Below, one piece after another: positions 21,851-31,835 of a DNA stretch of 64,000 nt; positions within the stretch are counted from its first letter, which is position 1, and the number at the start of each line of letters is the position of its first letter. This stretch comes from Thermodesulfobacteriota bacterium (GTDB lineage: Bacteria > Desulfobacterota > Binatia > Bin18), in assembly GCA_964291405.2 (NCBI GenBank), contig OZ219926.1:4288001-4352000 (forward strand), given 5' to 3'. A program made the position numbers and the translations under genes. The notes under the pieces are model-generated. The model was not told the origin of the DNA. It searched no databases and saw nothing but the letters and a program-made list of their open reading frames with translations.

Positions 21851-22266
21851 TCCCGCGTCCGACACCGTTCCGCGGGAATCGCCAACTGTGCGATCAAATA
21901 CGCCTTGAAGCTTGCGGCGTAGGGTTGTTGCTCCAGCGCCTGTTGCATACAGGACAGCCAGGCATCGCGCTGTTTCGTCCCGATGTGCAGATGGGCATGC
22001 GCACTCGGAATCCTGATCGGGCCGTATTTTTCGTGATACAGCTTCGGTCCGCCTAACCAGCCGCATAAAAACCGGGCCAGTTTGTCTCGGGACTGGGTGA
22101 GATCAGCAGGGTGCATATTCCGAATTTCCTGGGCCTCGGGCAACCGTTCCATCAAATCGTAAAAATCGTCGATCAACTGCCGTATCCCTGCCACACCGCC
22201 GGCGGCCTGAAATGAGGCCTTACCGTCGCCATAGCCGGGTTTTTCTGTATGCATGCGTGCCGTCAT
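21847..22266 (-). CDS. Group II truncated hemoglobin
   Basis: AAGG..GIRQLIDDFY, FLCGWLGGPKLY, AHAHLHIG..RDAWLSCM. Confidence 0.9.
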   Translation of the reverse strand: MTARMHTEKPGYGDGKASFQAAGGVAGIRQLIDDFYDLMERLPEAQEIRNMHPADLTQSRDKLARFLCGWLGGPKLYHEKYGPIRIPSAHAHLHIGTKQRDAWLSCMQQALEQQPYAASFKAYLIAQLAIPAERCRTRD

Positions 22267-22335
22267 GTCCTCAGCCCAGTTCTTCTGTTATGCTCCCTCG
22301 CCTGAGATATATGCTGTTCGGAAAGGATAGTCACC

Positions 22336-23265
22336 ATGTCAGACTTTGACCTCCGCATTTTTTCCTATCTTCCTAACCCGCGCATTTGGAAGGCCACCAT
22401 TGCGGCCCGCCTGTGCGATATCCGCATTGACATCCGAGGCAGTACTCCGCCTGACTTGCAGAACTGGCTGTGGGATTTTGAGGCTCGCCCGCTGACCGAA
22501 GAAGAAAAGACCGCTCCTCAGGAGACGGAACGGCAGGCCCGGGCCGGTTTTTCCGGCCGTTTGTTCAAGACGGATGCCTTTCTCGAAGCGCACCCGTTTG
22601 GGACGGTTCCGGCAGCCTTCAGTCCTGACGGCCAGACCGGGATTTTTGAATCGAACAGTATCATGCGCGCAGTCGGGCGTCTGGGGCAGAAGACCTATCC
22701 GGTGTATGGAACGGATGCGTATTCGGCGGCCCGCATTGATAGTTTTCTGGACGCCAGCCTGGTCTTTGCGCGCGACTCACAGATTTATCTCCTGGCCTTA
22801 ATGGGTGGCAAGCTGACGGCGGATATTCATGCCAGGGCGAAAGACGCCTTTGGGATTTATCTCTCAGGCATTGAGCGGGGACTGACCGAACCGGGACTAT
22901 CTCGTTGGCGATGCTATCACCTTGGCGGATATCTGCTTTGTGGCGGAAATGCCCTGTTCTCCAACGAAAAGGCCCAGGAGAAGCTGTTGGCCGACAATGG
23001 GTTGACCTGATATTCCATGTGGCGGAAGGAATATCCGCGAGCCTGGCGCATTTTCTCCCAACGAAAAGGCGCAGGAAAAGCTGTTGGCTGATAATGGGCT
23101 CGACCTAGTATTCCATGCCGACGCGGAAGCCGAATATCCGCGACGCGCTGGCGCTGGATTTTACCAAGGCTGTCTCGAGCACGAGATAGCGTTCTGCGCC
23201 GGATGTGCCCAAGGCCTTATCCAATGGAGAAGCTGCAAAAACGGATTGAGCGGCAGAGCGCCTAG
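22336..23265 (+). pseudogene. Glutathione S-transferase family protein, frameshifted near 22890 with a duplicated 3' segment (decay or assembly error)
   Basis: FSYLPNPR, HPFGTVPA, IFESNSI; YLVGDAITLADICF lies in another frame; imperfect ~105-bp tandem repeat at ~22955-23165. Confidence 0.7.
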
Positions 23266-23761
23266 ACGAGGCGTGAGCCTTTACCGGTCTCTGGTCTCCT
23301 TGGCATGTGTCTGCCTGTTCCGGTTCAGGCTGAAACCTGGGTATCCGTCAGAGCTTCACGATAGTGCCGGCACCTTCTTATACGAGGTGCGGGCTTCCAG
23401 CGCCCAAGGCCTTTACTTAGATACGTCTTCTTCCGCTCACCCCCCGGGGAACCAGCCTGACGGATACACTCGGGCCTACTCCGGTCAGTGCCCCCCGTTT
23501 CCTGTGCAGGCCGGGTGTCCTTCCCGGTCATATCGCATGGCAATGTTCGTTCCCTGGCACTACACATAACCGGCTCGTATAACCGGCAGTTTTTCAAGGC
23601 CTCCAGCTCCGCGAAGTCTTTACGGCTCACGGCAACGCTCGCATCGGCCTGACGACTGGAAGGACTTCCGGTCACATCATCCGTTGTCCAATCCGTGCCA
23701 AGCGGATCCGTGCCACGTACCGCATAGGTTGTTCGCTGAAGGAACTCCATACAGCGCCCAG

Positions 23762-24625
23762 TCACCTGAACCTAACCCTGGTGCGAGCGCCCCGTGCAGA
23801 TTTCAGACTGACCTGGGTATCCGTCAGAGTGGACTCTTCTCTTATCAGCGCGCCCAAGGCTTTTTTATACGTCTTCTTGCTCACCCCGAACCACTGCCGG
23901 ATAGACTCGGGCGTACTCCGGTCGGTAACGGGAATCTGTCCGCCGTGTTGTTCCAGAGCGTCCAGAATTATCGCGCTGATATCCGAGACTTTTGCATATC
24001 CCGGCTTGTGCAGACAGACGTCAATCTTTCCGTCCGCTCGCACGGTTTTGACGAAGCCGGTCAGCCGTTGTCCGCTGTGAAGCGGCTGAAAGATGTCGCT
24101 GGAGTGCAACAGCCCCCAGTGTGCACGATTGATAATGATCTTGCGGCCCAGCGTCGTCTGGATACAGACGAAGAGGTCAACTTCCTGACCGACGTGGAGA
24201 TCGGTCGCGGTATCGGACAGAAAGCGGTCGAGTTTTGCCGAGGCGACGACACGCTGACTCCGCTCATCCAGATAGACTCTGACAATATAGGCGCGCCCCT
24301 TTTTCATCGGCGTGTTTTGTTCTCGAAAAGGAACCAGCAGGTCCTTGGGTAAACCCCAATCGAGAAAAGCGCCGACCGGTGTCTCGGCGGCGACCTTGAG
24401 CAGCGCAAAGTCGCCGACCATGGCCAATGGCGATTGCGTGGTGGCAACCGGACGATCCTCGGAATCCGTGTAGAGAAAAACGGTGAGGCGTTCACCTGTC
24501 CGGCACGTAGCGGGACCATCGGGCTGCGGGAGGAATATCTCGCCGAGTGCTCCCGCGTCGAGATAGACTCCCTTGTCCGTTGCCTTGACCACCTGGAGCG
24601 TATTCAGCCTGCCGATGTGTGGCAT
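23762..24625 (-). CDS. cvfB: CvfB-family S1 RNA-binding protein
   Basis: IGRLNTLQV, GAFLDWGLPKDLLVP, FGVSKKTYKKALGAL. Confidence 0.88.
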   Translation of the reverse strand: MPHIGRLNTLQVVKATDKGVYLDAGALGEIFLPQPDGPATCRTGERLTVFLYTDSEDRPVATTQSPLAMVGDFALLKVAAETPVGAFLDWGLPKDLLVPFREQNTPMKKGRAYIVRVYLDERSQRVVASAKLDRFLSDTATDLHVGQEVDLFVCIQTTLGRKIIINRAHWGLLHSSDIFQPLHSGQRLTGFVKTVRADGKIDVCLHKPGYAKVSDISAIILDALEQHGGQIPVTDRSTPESIRQWFGVSKKTYKKALGALIREESTLTDTQVSLKSARGARTRVRFR

Positions 24626-24632
24626 ATGGGCT

Positions 24633-25616
24633 CTAGCGGGACACAAACTCGGGCATGACGTTCTTGACGAAGAGTGCCTGCGTATCAGCGGAGGTCGCTA
24701 TGAAAACGAAATACGTGATGCCCAGGTCTTCAATGCGTGTGGTGAGGTCACGCCTGACCTCGTCCGGAGTACCCATACAGAGCAGTGGTGAGCGCCGCGC
24801 CGTTTCCACATCAGGAAAACCCAGGCGGGACGCGATTTTGCCGAACCGGGGATCGTCTGCCGTATCGGACAGGCACAGCATGACCATACCTCCGAGCTCG
24901 ATGCTCTGCGGATCGCGGCCGACTTCACCGACATATTTGCGGAACATGCCAATCCGCCGTTTGAGTTGGGTCATGTCAAAGGCGACGGTGGCAACCGGGT
25001 CGTTCACAAAGTCTTTGCCGTTAAAAATGGGTGGGATGATATTGAGGATGTCGGCCTCGGCCGCGGCGATTTTGAGCAGTCCGCTCCCCGAGCCGCCCAG
25101 CATCAGCGGCGGACGGGGCTGTTGCACGGGTCGTGGATTATTGTAGGCCTTCTCGATTGTGTAATACTGGCCGTGAAACGTTGGCTCCGCCTGGGTCCAC
25201 ATGGCTTTGAGCACCTGGATGGCCTCGGACATTTGGGCCAGACGTTCCGCGTTGGAAGGATAGGCATAGCCGTGAGCATCGTATTCCGACTGCTGCCAGC
25301 CGGCTCCCAGACCCAGGGTCAGTCGCCCATTACTGACTTGATCCAGGGTGGACGTAATCTTGGCCAGCAGCGGAGGCGGACGAAACGAGGCGGCGGTGAC
25401 CGCGGGTGTCAGACGGATGCGGCTGGTCACGGCGGCAACAGCGGTCAGGGTGGTGAAGCACTCCAACTGCGGGGCCTGCGGCGTGCCCAACGGAGAGAAA
25501 AAGTGATCGTTAAGCGACACCGAATAAAAGCCGTCGTTCTCGGCCCGCAGCGCAGCCTGCTTCGCCGCGGCAAAATCGCCAGTGGGTAGGAACAAGCCAA
25601 ACTTGACATCACGCAT
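24633..25616 (-). CDS. LLM-class (probably F420-dependent) oxidoreductase
   Basis: SLNDHF, TLDQVSNGRLTLGLGAGW, PVQQPRPPLMLGGSG. Confidence 0.9.
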   Translation of the reverse strand: MRDVKFGLFLPTGDFAAAKQAALRAENDGFYSVSLNDHFFSPLGTPQAPQLECFTTLTAVAAVTSRIRLTPAVTAASFRPPPLLAKITSTLDQVSNGRLTLGLGAGWQQSEYDAHGYAYPSNAERLAQMSEAIQVLKAMWTQAEPTFHGQYYTIEKAYNNPRPVQQPRPPLMLGGSGSGLLKIAAAEADILNIIPPIFNGKDFVNDPVATVAFDMTQLKRRIGMFRKYVGEVGRDPQSIELGGMVMLCLSDTADDPRFGKIASRLGFPDVETARRSPLLCMGTPDEVRRDLTTRIEDLGITYFVFIATSADTQALFVKNVMPEFVSR

Positions 25617-25832
25617 GCGTCTCTCCTCTGCCTCTCGCTGCTGTCTCAGACAAAGGCCGATAGGTATATCAGATAGGTGTCCGCTGCAAACGCTTGTCCC
25701 TTTCTCCTGCTACCGGTAGGATGTGGGATGTGAAAATAATAAGCTTTCAATCAAGAGCCGGTCCCAGGGCCATCAACAGGCCCATAAGATATCGCTACCC
25801 CCAAGATTCTTCTCAAACGTGTCTGGATGACG

Positions 25833-25931
25833 GCTGGTTGTCTCCCATACAACGGGCAGTCGAAGACCTTGGAAGATATGAATGATGCTATCCGGCAGGG
25901 GATTTTTAAAGGCCTGCGGAATTATCACTGA
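25833..25931 (+). pseudogene. C-terminal remnant of an AbrB/MazE/SpoVT-family antitoxin
   Basis: Manual translation AGCLPYNGQSKTLEDMNDAIRQG resembles the AGCL.Y.G..KTLE.M..AI tail of this family; no N-terminus or toxin. Confidence 0.5.
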
Positions 25932-25946
25932 CATTAGGACGTGAGT

Positions 25947-26654
25947 ATGGCAGAAAAACCAGTTGCTGCAGTGCTCGGAGTTGGTCCGGGCTTGGGGGCC
26001 GCTCTGGCCCGCCGGTTCGCTAAAGAATATGCGGTGGCAATCAACGCCCGCCGTACGGAATATCTCGCATCGCTGGCGGAAGAGATTCGGGCTGAAGGGG
26101 GGCAGGTCTGTGAGGCCCCGGCTGATCTGAGCGACCGGGCTCAGATCGAGGCCCTGTTCAAGACGATCCGTGAACAGCTCGGTCCGCCCGAAATCCTGCT
26201 CTATAACGCCGGCGGTGGGGCCTTTGGCACAATCGCCGATATGACCCCGGAACAGTACGAGAATTCCTGGCGGGTCAACGCCTATGGCGCGTTTCTGAGC
26301 GCGAGAGAAGTAGTTCCGGACATGCTTGAACGCGGGCGTGGCAGCATGCTGTTTACCGGCGCGACCGCCGGCGTCAAGGCCGGCCCCCGCTCAGTGGTCT
26401 TCGGCCCGGCCAAGTTCGCTCTGCGCGGTTTGGTGCAGTCGCTGGCGCGCGACCTTGGCCCTAAGGGCATTCATGTAGGCTGGGTCAATGTTGACGGTGT
26501 CATCGACATCCCTGGCCGCAACTATCCCAATATGACCGAGGAAGACATGCTCAAGCCCGAGGCCATAGCCGAAACCTACTGGCATATGGCCCATCAGGAT
26601 CGCAGCTCCTGGACGACCGAGATTGACGTGCGGCCGTTCAAGGAAAAATTCTGA
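25947..26654 (+). CDS. SDR family oxidoreductase
   Basis: GVGPGLGAALARRF, YNAG, AKFALRGL, RDLGPKGIHV. Confidence 0.92.
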   Translation: MAEKPVAAVLGVGPGLGAALARRFAKEYAVAINARRTEYLASLAEEIRAEGGQVCEAPADLSDRAQIEALFKTIREQLGPPEILLYNAGGGAFGTIADMTPEQYENSWRVNAYGAFLSAREVVPDMLERGRGSMLFTGATAGVKAGPRSVVFGPAKFALRGLVQSLARDLGPKGIHVGWVNVDGVIDIPGRNYPNMTEEDMLKPEAIAETYWHMAHQDRSSWTTEIDVRPFKEKF

Positions 26655-26699
26655 GGGAAGGGTGGGTGTCTGCGAATATGTCGCTGGGAACCTCTGCGC

Positions 26700-27065
26700 T
26701 TAGCCTCGGAGCTGACTCCCCAACATGATGCGATGACCATCGACCGTTCGCAGGCCAAACTCCCGCATGCCCCACGGCTCATCCCGAATCTCTTTGATGA
26801 GTGCCACTCCATGAGCCAGCGCCCTCTGGTGGAATTCATCTACAGCGTCAACGACCAAATAGGCGAAGTACGAGTGATCCCCAAGCTCTGCGGCTGGAAT
26901 CGCCCCTGGACACTCCCCGGCCATGATCCGACATGAGTCCCGCACAAAAAGACGCCAGCCTGGATCTCCGATTTCCTGAATTTCAAACCCGAGGACGTCT
27001 CGATAGAACGCTCCCGATCTCTCTAAGTTTGGGACTGCGATGACAAACATCGTGTCGGTGATCAT
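26700..27065 (-). CDS. VOC (glyoxalase/bleomycin resistance) family protein
   Basis: IAVPNLERSGAFYRDVLGF, EPWGMREF..DGHRI. Confidence 0.88.
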   Translation of the reverse strand: MITDTMFVIAVPNLERSGAFYRDVLGFEIQEIGDPGWRLFVRDSCRIMAGECPGAIPAAELGDHSYFAYLVVDAVDEFHQRALAHGVALIKEIRDEPWGMREFGLRTVDGHRIMLGSQLRG

Positions 27066-27106
27066 GGGTGACTCTTGGGGGTAGGGTCTGTCGGGTCCGT
27101 TGGGTC

Positions 27107-27904
27107 TCAGACGAGGGTGAATCTGCTGCCCGGTGCGGGTGGCTCTTCCGGTGGGCCGGCAAAACACTGGGCGATCGACATCCATCTGGTGGCCGTAGCG
27201 CCACTCACACGAAGTGAGGTGTCCGCGATGTTGCGCACCTGCGTGACCACCTGGCAGAACTCGACCGCGCTGCCTTCGATCCGGCTCTCCTGATCCGGCT
27301 GATTCCACTCCCATACTTCTCCCGACGGCGCGCTGAGCCGCAGGTAGGGGACGTCCGTCGGCACGGCGAGCTTGCGATTCGTGAAGGTCCAGCCGAAGGT
27401 GTTCACCCCTATGACGACAACATTCTTGATCCGGTCGGTGTCGGTGCGCGTTTGACCCAGCAGGTCGTATATGGCCTGACTGTGCGCCCAGGTTTCCATC
27501 AGACGCGCCGTGATACTGGAGCGTACGCTCATGTCCGGGCCAAACCATTGCACCCGTTTTTTCGGGTCCGCGGCCGCAAAGCGCTCCGCCATCTCAAGAG
27601 AGAAAGTACGCCAGCGGTTCAACAGCGCGCGGTCCCGTAGCCCGTCGAGCCAGACATGGGTGAATGCCTGACGACCGTGCTGCTTGCGGCCGACGGTGAA
27701 TTCTTTCACCAGGTCCAGGAAGGCATTCGTATCCTGCAACGAAAGATCAGCCGCATAGTCGCCCATATGCAGATGGGCCACGATATCGTTGATCGTCCAC
27801 TCTTTGAACTGCGTTTTCCTTTCCCAGTCCTGATCGTCCAACCCGTCAAGCAGGGCGAAGACCGCTTCGCTCTCCTCCCGGAAATCTAGGGCTTGTTGCA
27901 ACAT
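27107..27904 (-). CDS. TIGR03084-like metal-binding protein (MDMPI/DinB fold)
   Basis: WTINDIVAHL, WFGPDMS, ARLMETWAHSQ, AQCFAGPP. Confidence 0.85.
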   Translation of the reverse strand: MLQQALDFREESEAVFALLDGLDDQDWERKTQFKEWTINDIVAHLHMGDYAADLSLQDTNAFLDLVKEFTVGRKQHGRQAFTHVWLDGLRDRALLNRWRTFSLEMAERFAAADPKKRVQWFGPDMSVRSSITARLMETWAHSQAIYDLLGQTRTDTDRIKNVVVIGVNTFGWTFTNRKLAVPTDVPYLRLSAPSGEVWEWNQPDQESRIEGSAVEFCQVVTQVRNIADTSLRVSGATATRWMSIAQCFAGPPEEPPAPGSRFTLV

Positions 27905-28056
27905 CGGCTGCTCCTGTCCACGCTGTCGCTCATCTGGCCAGGCAAACAAATCACACCCAGGGTGAAAAGGCCACTCGCCGAGGAGGGGGGGATTATGCAC
28001 TGTATCGATTTTCCTATACGTAGAAGCCGTTCTCTTGCACATTATTGAGGTTTTCC

Positions 28057-29922
28057 ATGCACGGACGAGGGGGGCGAAGCACTACACTCAGACAGGTCGT
28101 GCGGATTACGGTCTGTATCGCTGCTGTCGTCTAGCGCACTCTTACTCAGCACGCGGATTGCTTTCTTGGAGGTGGAGCGGCCGGAGCAGTCGAGGGGACA
28201 CGTTTGCTCAACGCCCACATAGACCACGACAACTGGCTGACCTATGGGCATGGCTATGCCAATCAGCGCTACAGCGGGCTTGAGCAGATTACGACCGACA
28301 ATGTGCACCGACTGGTGCCGAAGTGGATCTATCAGACCGGTGTGCTCGGGACGTTCCCAACCAATCCCCTTGTTGCCGACGGAACGATGTATCTCACTAC
28401 GCCGTACAACCATGTGGTTGCCCTTGATGCGGCAACCGGGGCGGTGCGCTGGCGTTACACGCACGAGATGTCCGTTGATACGCTCTGTTGCGGCACCCAC
28501 AATCGGGGGCTCGCCCTGGGTTACGGACGACTGTATATGATCACCGCGGACGGGCGCCTGGTAGCGCTCGACGCCGCCACGGGAACACGCGTGTGGGATA
28601 TGCCAGTTGTCGATCCGACGACCGGCAACCCGGCTGACCTCACGGCGCTCAAAGAGATCAAAGCCACAGACGTGGCAAAGCCTGAGCGCGCGGCCACGCT
28701 CGCGGCACTGACGCGCTTTGCCGGCAACATGGCGCCGGCCGTATACGACGGCAAGGTCTTCGTCGGCGTGAGCGGGACCGGGTATAGCGGCGTACTCGGT
28801 GAAGCCGAAGCGGATGACCCGTCTCTCCTCGGTCGGCCCGGCCCTCGGCGCGGCCTACGTGCCTTCCTGTCCGCCTATGACGCAACGACCGGGCAGTTGG
28901 ACTGGCGCTGGTACTCGACCGCCTCGGAAGGCTGGGAAGGCGATTTTGTCGGGCAGACTTCATTCGGCGATACGCTGGAGCGCGACCTGGGTGCCGAACG
29001 CGCCAATGCGGACACATACCGTGACGCCTGGAAGACTGGCGGCGGTTCGATCTATTCCTCCCCATCGATCGACCCGGAGTTGGGGCTGATCTACTTCGGG
29101 ACCGGGAATGCGTCGCCCGGTTATGATGATTACAAACGCCCCGGCGACAATCTGTACACCGCCTCCCTGGTTGCGCTCGACATACAGACCGGCGCGTTGC
29201 GCTGGTATCACCAGATCGTCCCGCATGACATTTGGGGCTATGACGTGGCCTCACCCCCGGTTCTGTTTGACTTTCTCGCCAATGGCACAACGGTACGGGC
29301 GGTGGCGGAAGCCTCGAAGTCCGGCTGGCTGTATATATTCGACCGGGAGACCGGCAAGCCACTGCGCCGCTCGGAAGCCTTTGTTCCCCAGAACGATTTG
29401 CTCTTCCGCAGGCCAACTGCTGAAGGCATGCTTATCGCGCCCGGTGCCGCGGGTGGAGCCAATTGGCCGCCTACCTCGTACAGCTCCCAGACCGGCTGGT
29501 TGTACGTCCCAGGGACCCACAACCCGACGCGCTATCAACTCAAACCGGGGGAGGCCGGACAGCCCGAGCGGATCGTCATTTCGTTTGATAAAACCGTGGA
29601 ACGCTGGGGAACCCTGAGCGCCATTGCGCCCCAGGACGGGAAGATCAAATGGCAGGTCAAAACGGACTTACCCCTGGTCAGTGGCTCGCTCGCGACCGTG
29701 GGCGGGCTGATCTTTTATGGGGAATCGAACGGCAAGTTTGTGGCCCGCAATGCCCGGGACGGCACGGCGCTATGGCACTTCAACACCGGGGCCGGGGTCA
29801 ATGCTCCGCCGGTGACCTATGCGGTGGACGGGAAGCAATTTGTGGCGGTTGCCGCCGGTGGACATAAATTGTTCGATTTTCCTCTGGGCAACGCGGTGAT
29901 CGCCTTTGGTCTTCCTGACTGA
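28057..29922 (+). CDS. PQQ-binding beta-propeller dehydrogenase-like protein; signal-peptide region interrupted by in-frame TAG at 28132
   Basis: NWLTYG..NQRYSGL, LCCG..NRG, GTGNASP, PGDNLY, PVTYAVDGKQFVAVAAGG; ATG 28057 is in frame with the 28204 ORF. Confidence 0.85.
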
Positions 29923-29954
29923 CCTGACGTTGCTGTTGCAATATATCCCTCGCC

Positions 29955-30533
29955 TCAGCCGCTTGACCCGTCTTTCCGTTGAGCTTCGAGTTGACGAACA
30001 TAGTGTTCGAGTTCGGTGACATGCTCATCCGTCACCCCCAGGTCGCGTAAGCTCTCCGCGAGTCGGAGCAGATAGTCTCGATTCGAGCCGCTCGGCCCCT
30101 TGGAATGAAAAATCTGGAGCGCCATCTCTGGTACGGAGGCCGGGCCGAGATAGTGCGGGTTATCGTCCTGAGCGATATAGACAACGGCGGTGGTCACGGA
30201 GGGCGCAGGGGCATCGGTTGTAGTGATCTTGGGGTAAAAGTCCACCTGATGACGAAGAAACCCGCCTTGCTCGCGCTCATCGAGATAAGAAAAAATCGAC
30301 TCCAGGGACTCTCCGGCAACCTGATAGGCCACACCCCAGCACACCGATTGGGTATCGGCGATCAGGGTTACGACGCGGCCTGGGGAGCCTGGAATCCCCC
30401 TGTGGTCGGGTGAACCCTGATAAAAACGTCGCGCCCAGCCTCGGATGTAACCGACCTGACGCTGTTCAAAGGCAAAACCGGGGTGCCAGATCAATGACCC
30501 GTAGCCAAAAATCCAGACCTTGGTAGGCATCAT
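29955..30533 (-). CDS. chaC: ChaC-family gamma-glutamylcyclotransferase
   Basis: WIFGYGSLIW, DHRG..PGRVVTL, YLDERE, GPSGSNRDYL. Confidence 0.9.
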   Translation of the reverse strand: MMPTKVWIFGYGSLIWHPGFAFEQRQVGYIRGWARRFYQGSPDHRGIPGSPGRVVTLIADTQSVCWGVAYQVAGESLESIFSYLDEREQGGFLRHQVDFYPKITTTDAPAPSVTTAVVYIAQDDNPHYLGPASVPEMALQIFHSKGPSGSNRDYLLRLAESLRDLGVTDEHVTELEHYVRQLEAQRKDGSSG

Positions 30534-30568
30534 CTTGTATGGAGACTGGATGGGCGGGATAGGGGAGG

Positions 30569-30594
30569 AAAAGGTGGGCCGGGTGGCCCACCTT
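30569..30594 (-). terminator. Probable intrinsic terminator after the VOC gene
   Basis: AAGGTGGGCC-N4-GGCCCACCTT stem ending in a short T run on the minus strand. Confidence 0.55.
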
Positions 30595-30620
30595 GGGTGA
30601 ACAATAGAGCGTCTATGGAG

Positions 30621-30989
30621 CTATCCCATGTGGATGGCGTTGAGCTTGTTGCCGTCCAGATCGCGAAAATAGCCGATGGTCATACCACCGTCACCACGTG
30701 GTCCGGGCGCGCCTTCGTCCGTACCGCCCAACTCCAGGGCCTTCGCATGGATTGCGGCCACCTGTTCCGCACTGCTCGCGGCGAGGGCGACCATCACTCC
30801 ATTGCCGACCGAGGCGGCACTGCCATCAAACGGCTTGCACACCGCCAGCATCGGAGCCCCTGCGGTGCCCCATAAGATAATGCGCTCATTCTCCATCATG
30901 CGCTTGGCACCAAGTTCGGCCAGGAGTTCGTCATAATACTTGGCCGCGCGGTCCAGATCGTTCGTTCCGACTGTGACATAACTAATCAT
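30621..30989 (-). CDS. VOC family protein
   Basis: YVTVGTNDLDRA..YYD, GNG.MVAL, DEGAPGPR, YFRDLDGNKL. Confidence 0.9.
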   Translation of the reverse strand: MISYVTVGTNDLDRAAKYYDELLAELGAKRMMENERIILWGTAGAPMLAVCKPFDGSAASVGNGVMVALAASSAEQVAAIHAKALELGGTDEGAPGPRGDGGMTIGYFRDLDGNKLNAIHMG

Positions 30990-31018
30990 ACTTACCTCCT
31001 TCTTCTTTCGTGACAGGG

Positions 31019-31816
31019 TTAGGGTTGGATAAAATCCCGGACCAGGCCGGAGACACGTTCAAGCTGCTCTAGCTGCGGCACGTGGGCCGCCTGTTCGACC
31101 ATTTCAATCTGGGAGTCGGCAATCCGGCTGCCGAACTCCTCGGCATACGCCGGTGGGACGAGCTTGTCCTCGGTGCCCCAGACAATCAGGGTCGGGGCCG
31201 TAATCCGATGGATGCGCTTCTTGAGCCCTTTATCCGGAATGGGCCAGATGAATTTGCCCGTGCAGGCGAGTGACCACGTCACTCGAATTTGCAGGTCTTG
31301 GGCTTCCTTCTCATCCTCCGGCACGCTCAACATCTGCTGGGCGAGTGGACCGCTGGAGTCATAGAAGGCGGCTTTGACCACCTCTTCCATAGGCAGGATC
31401 ATCCAGTTTTTGACCGGGACGTCGTCCCGCCAGAGGCCGATGGGACTCAGCAGCACCAGCTTGCCAACCCGTTGCGGATAGCAGGCAGCGATCTCCGAGG
31501 CGACCATGCCGCCAAACGAATGACCGATGACCGTTGGATTGTCTAAGCCGAGCTGGGCAAACAGCTCGTCGTAATACAGCACCAGGTCCCACAAATCATC
31601 CAAAGCCTTCACGCCGTCCGGGTCGCCCAAGGTCGTGCCGGGATGCTCCGGGGCGTACACGGTGAACTGCTCAGCCAGCATATCCAGAAAGGGGTCCCAC
31701 GTCAGGCCGTAGGCGCCGTGCAGGAACACCACTGCCGGGCCACTGCCGGCAACGTGGACTTTGGGGTTAATCTGATTTTTCCACACACTGACGGTTTGTT
31801 CTTGGACTGCGACCAT
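31019..31816 (-). CDS. Alpha/beta fold hydrolase
   Basis: FLHGA, GHSFGG, PTLIVWG, AAHVPQLE. Confidence 0.9.
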   Translation of the reverse strand: MVAVQEQTVSVWKNQINPKVHVAGSGPAVVFLHGAYGLTWDPFLDMLAEQFTVYAPEHPGTTLGDPDGVKALDDLWDLVLYYDELFAQLGLDNPTVIGHSFGGMVASEIAACYPQRVGKLVLLSPIGLWRDDVPVKNWMILPMEEVVKAAFYDSSGPLAQQMLSVPEDEKEAQDLQIRVTWSLACTGKFIWPIPDKGLKKRIHRITAPTLIVWGTEDKLVPPAYAEEFGSRIADSQIEMVEQAAHVPQLEQLERVSGLVRDFIQP

Positions 31817-31835
31817 CTGTTCTTCCCTTGTGTCC

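Noticed and set aside
23084-23765. ORFs 23084-23569 (+) and 23325-23765 (-) as real genes
   Set aside because: They consist of scrambled duplicates of the GST and cvfB ends
4742-28134. Amber recoding suggested by in-frame TAGs in the FadL-like and PQQ genes
   Set aside because: Many intact genes here end normally at TAG and no pyl or suppressor genes are present; mutation or sequencing error is simpler
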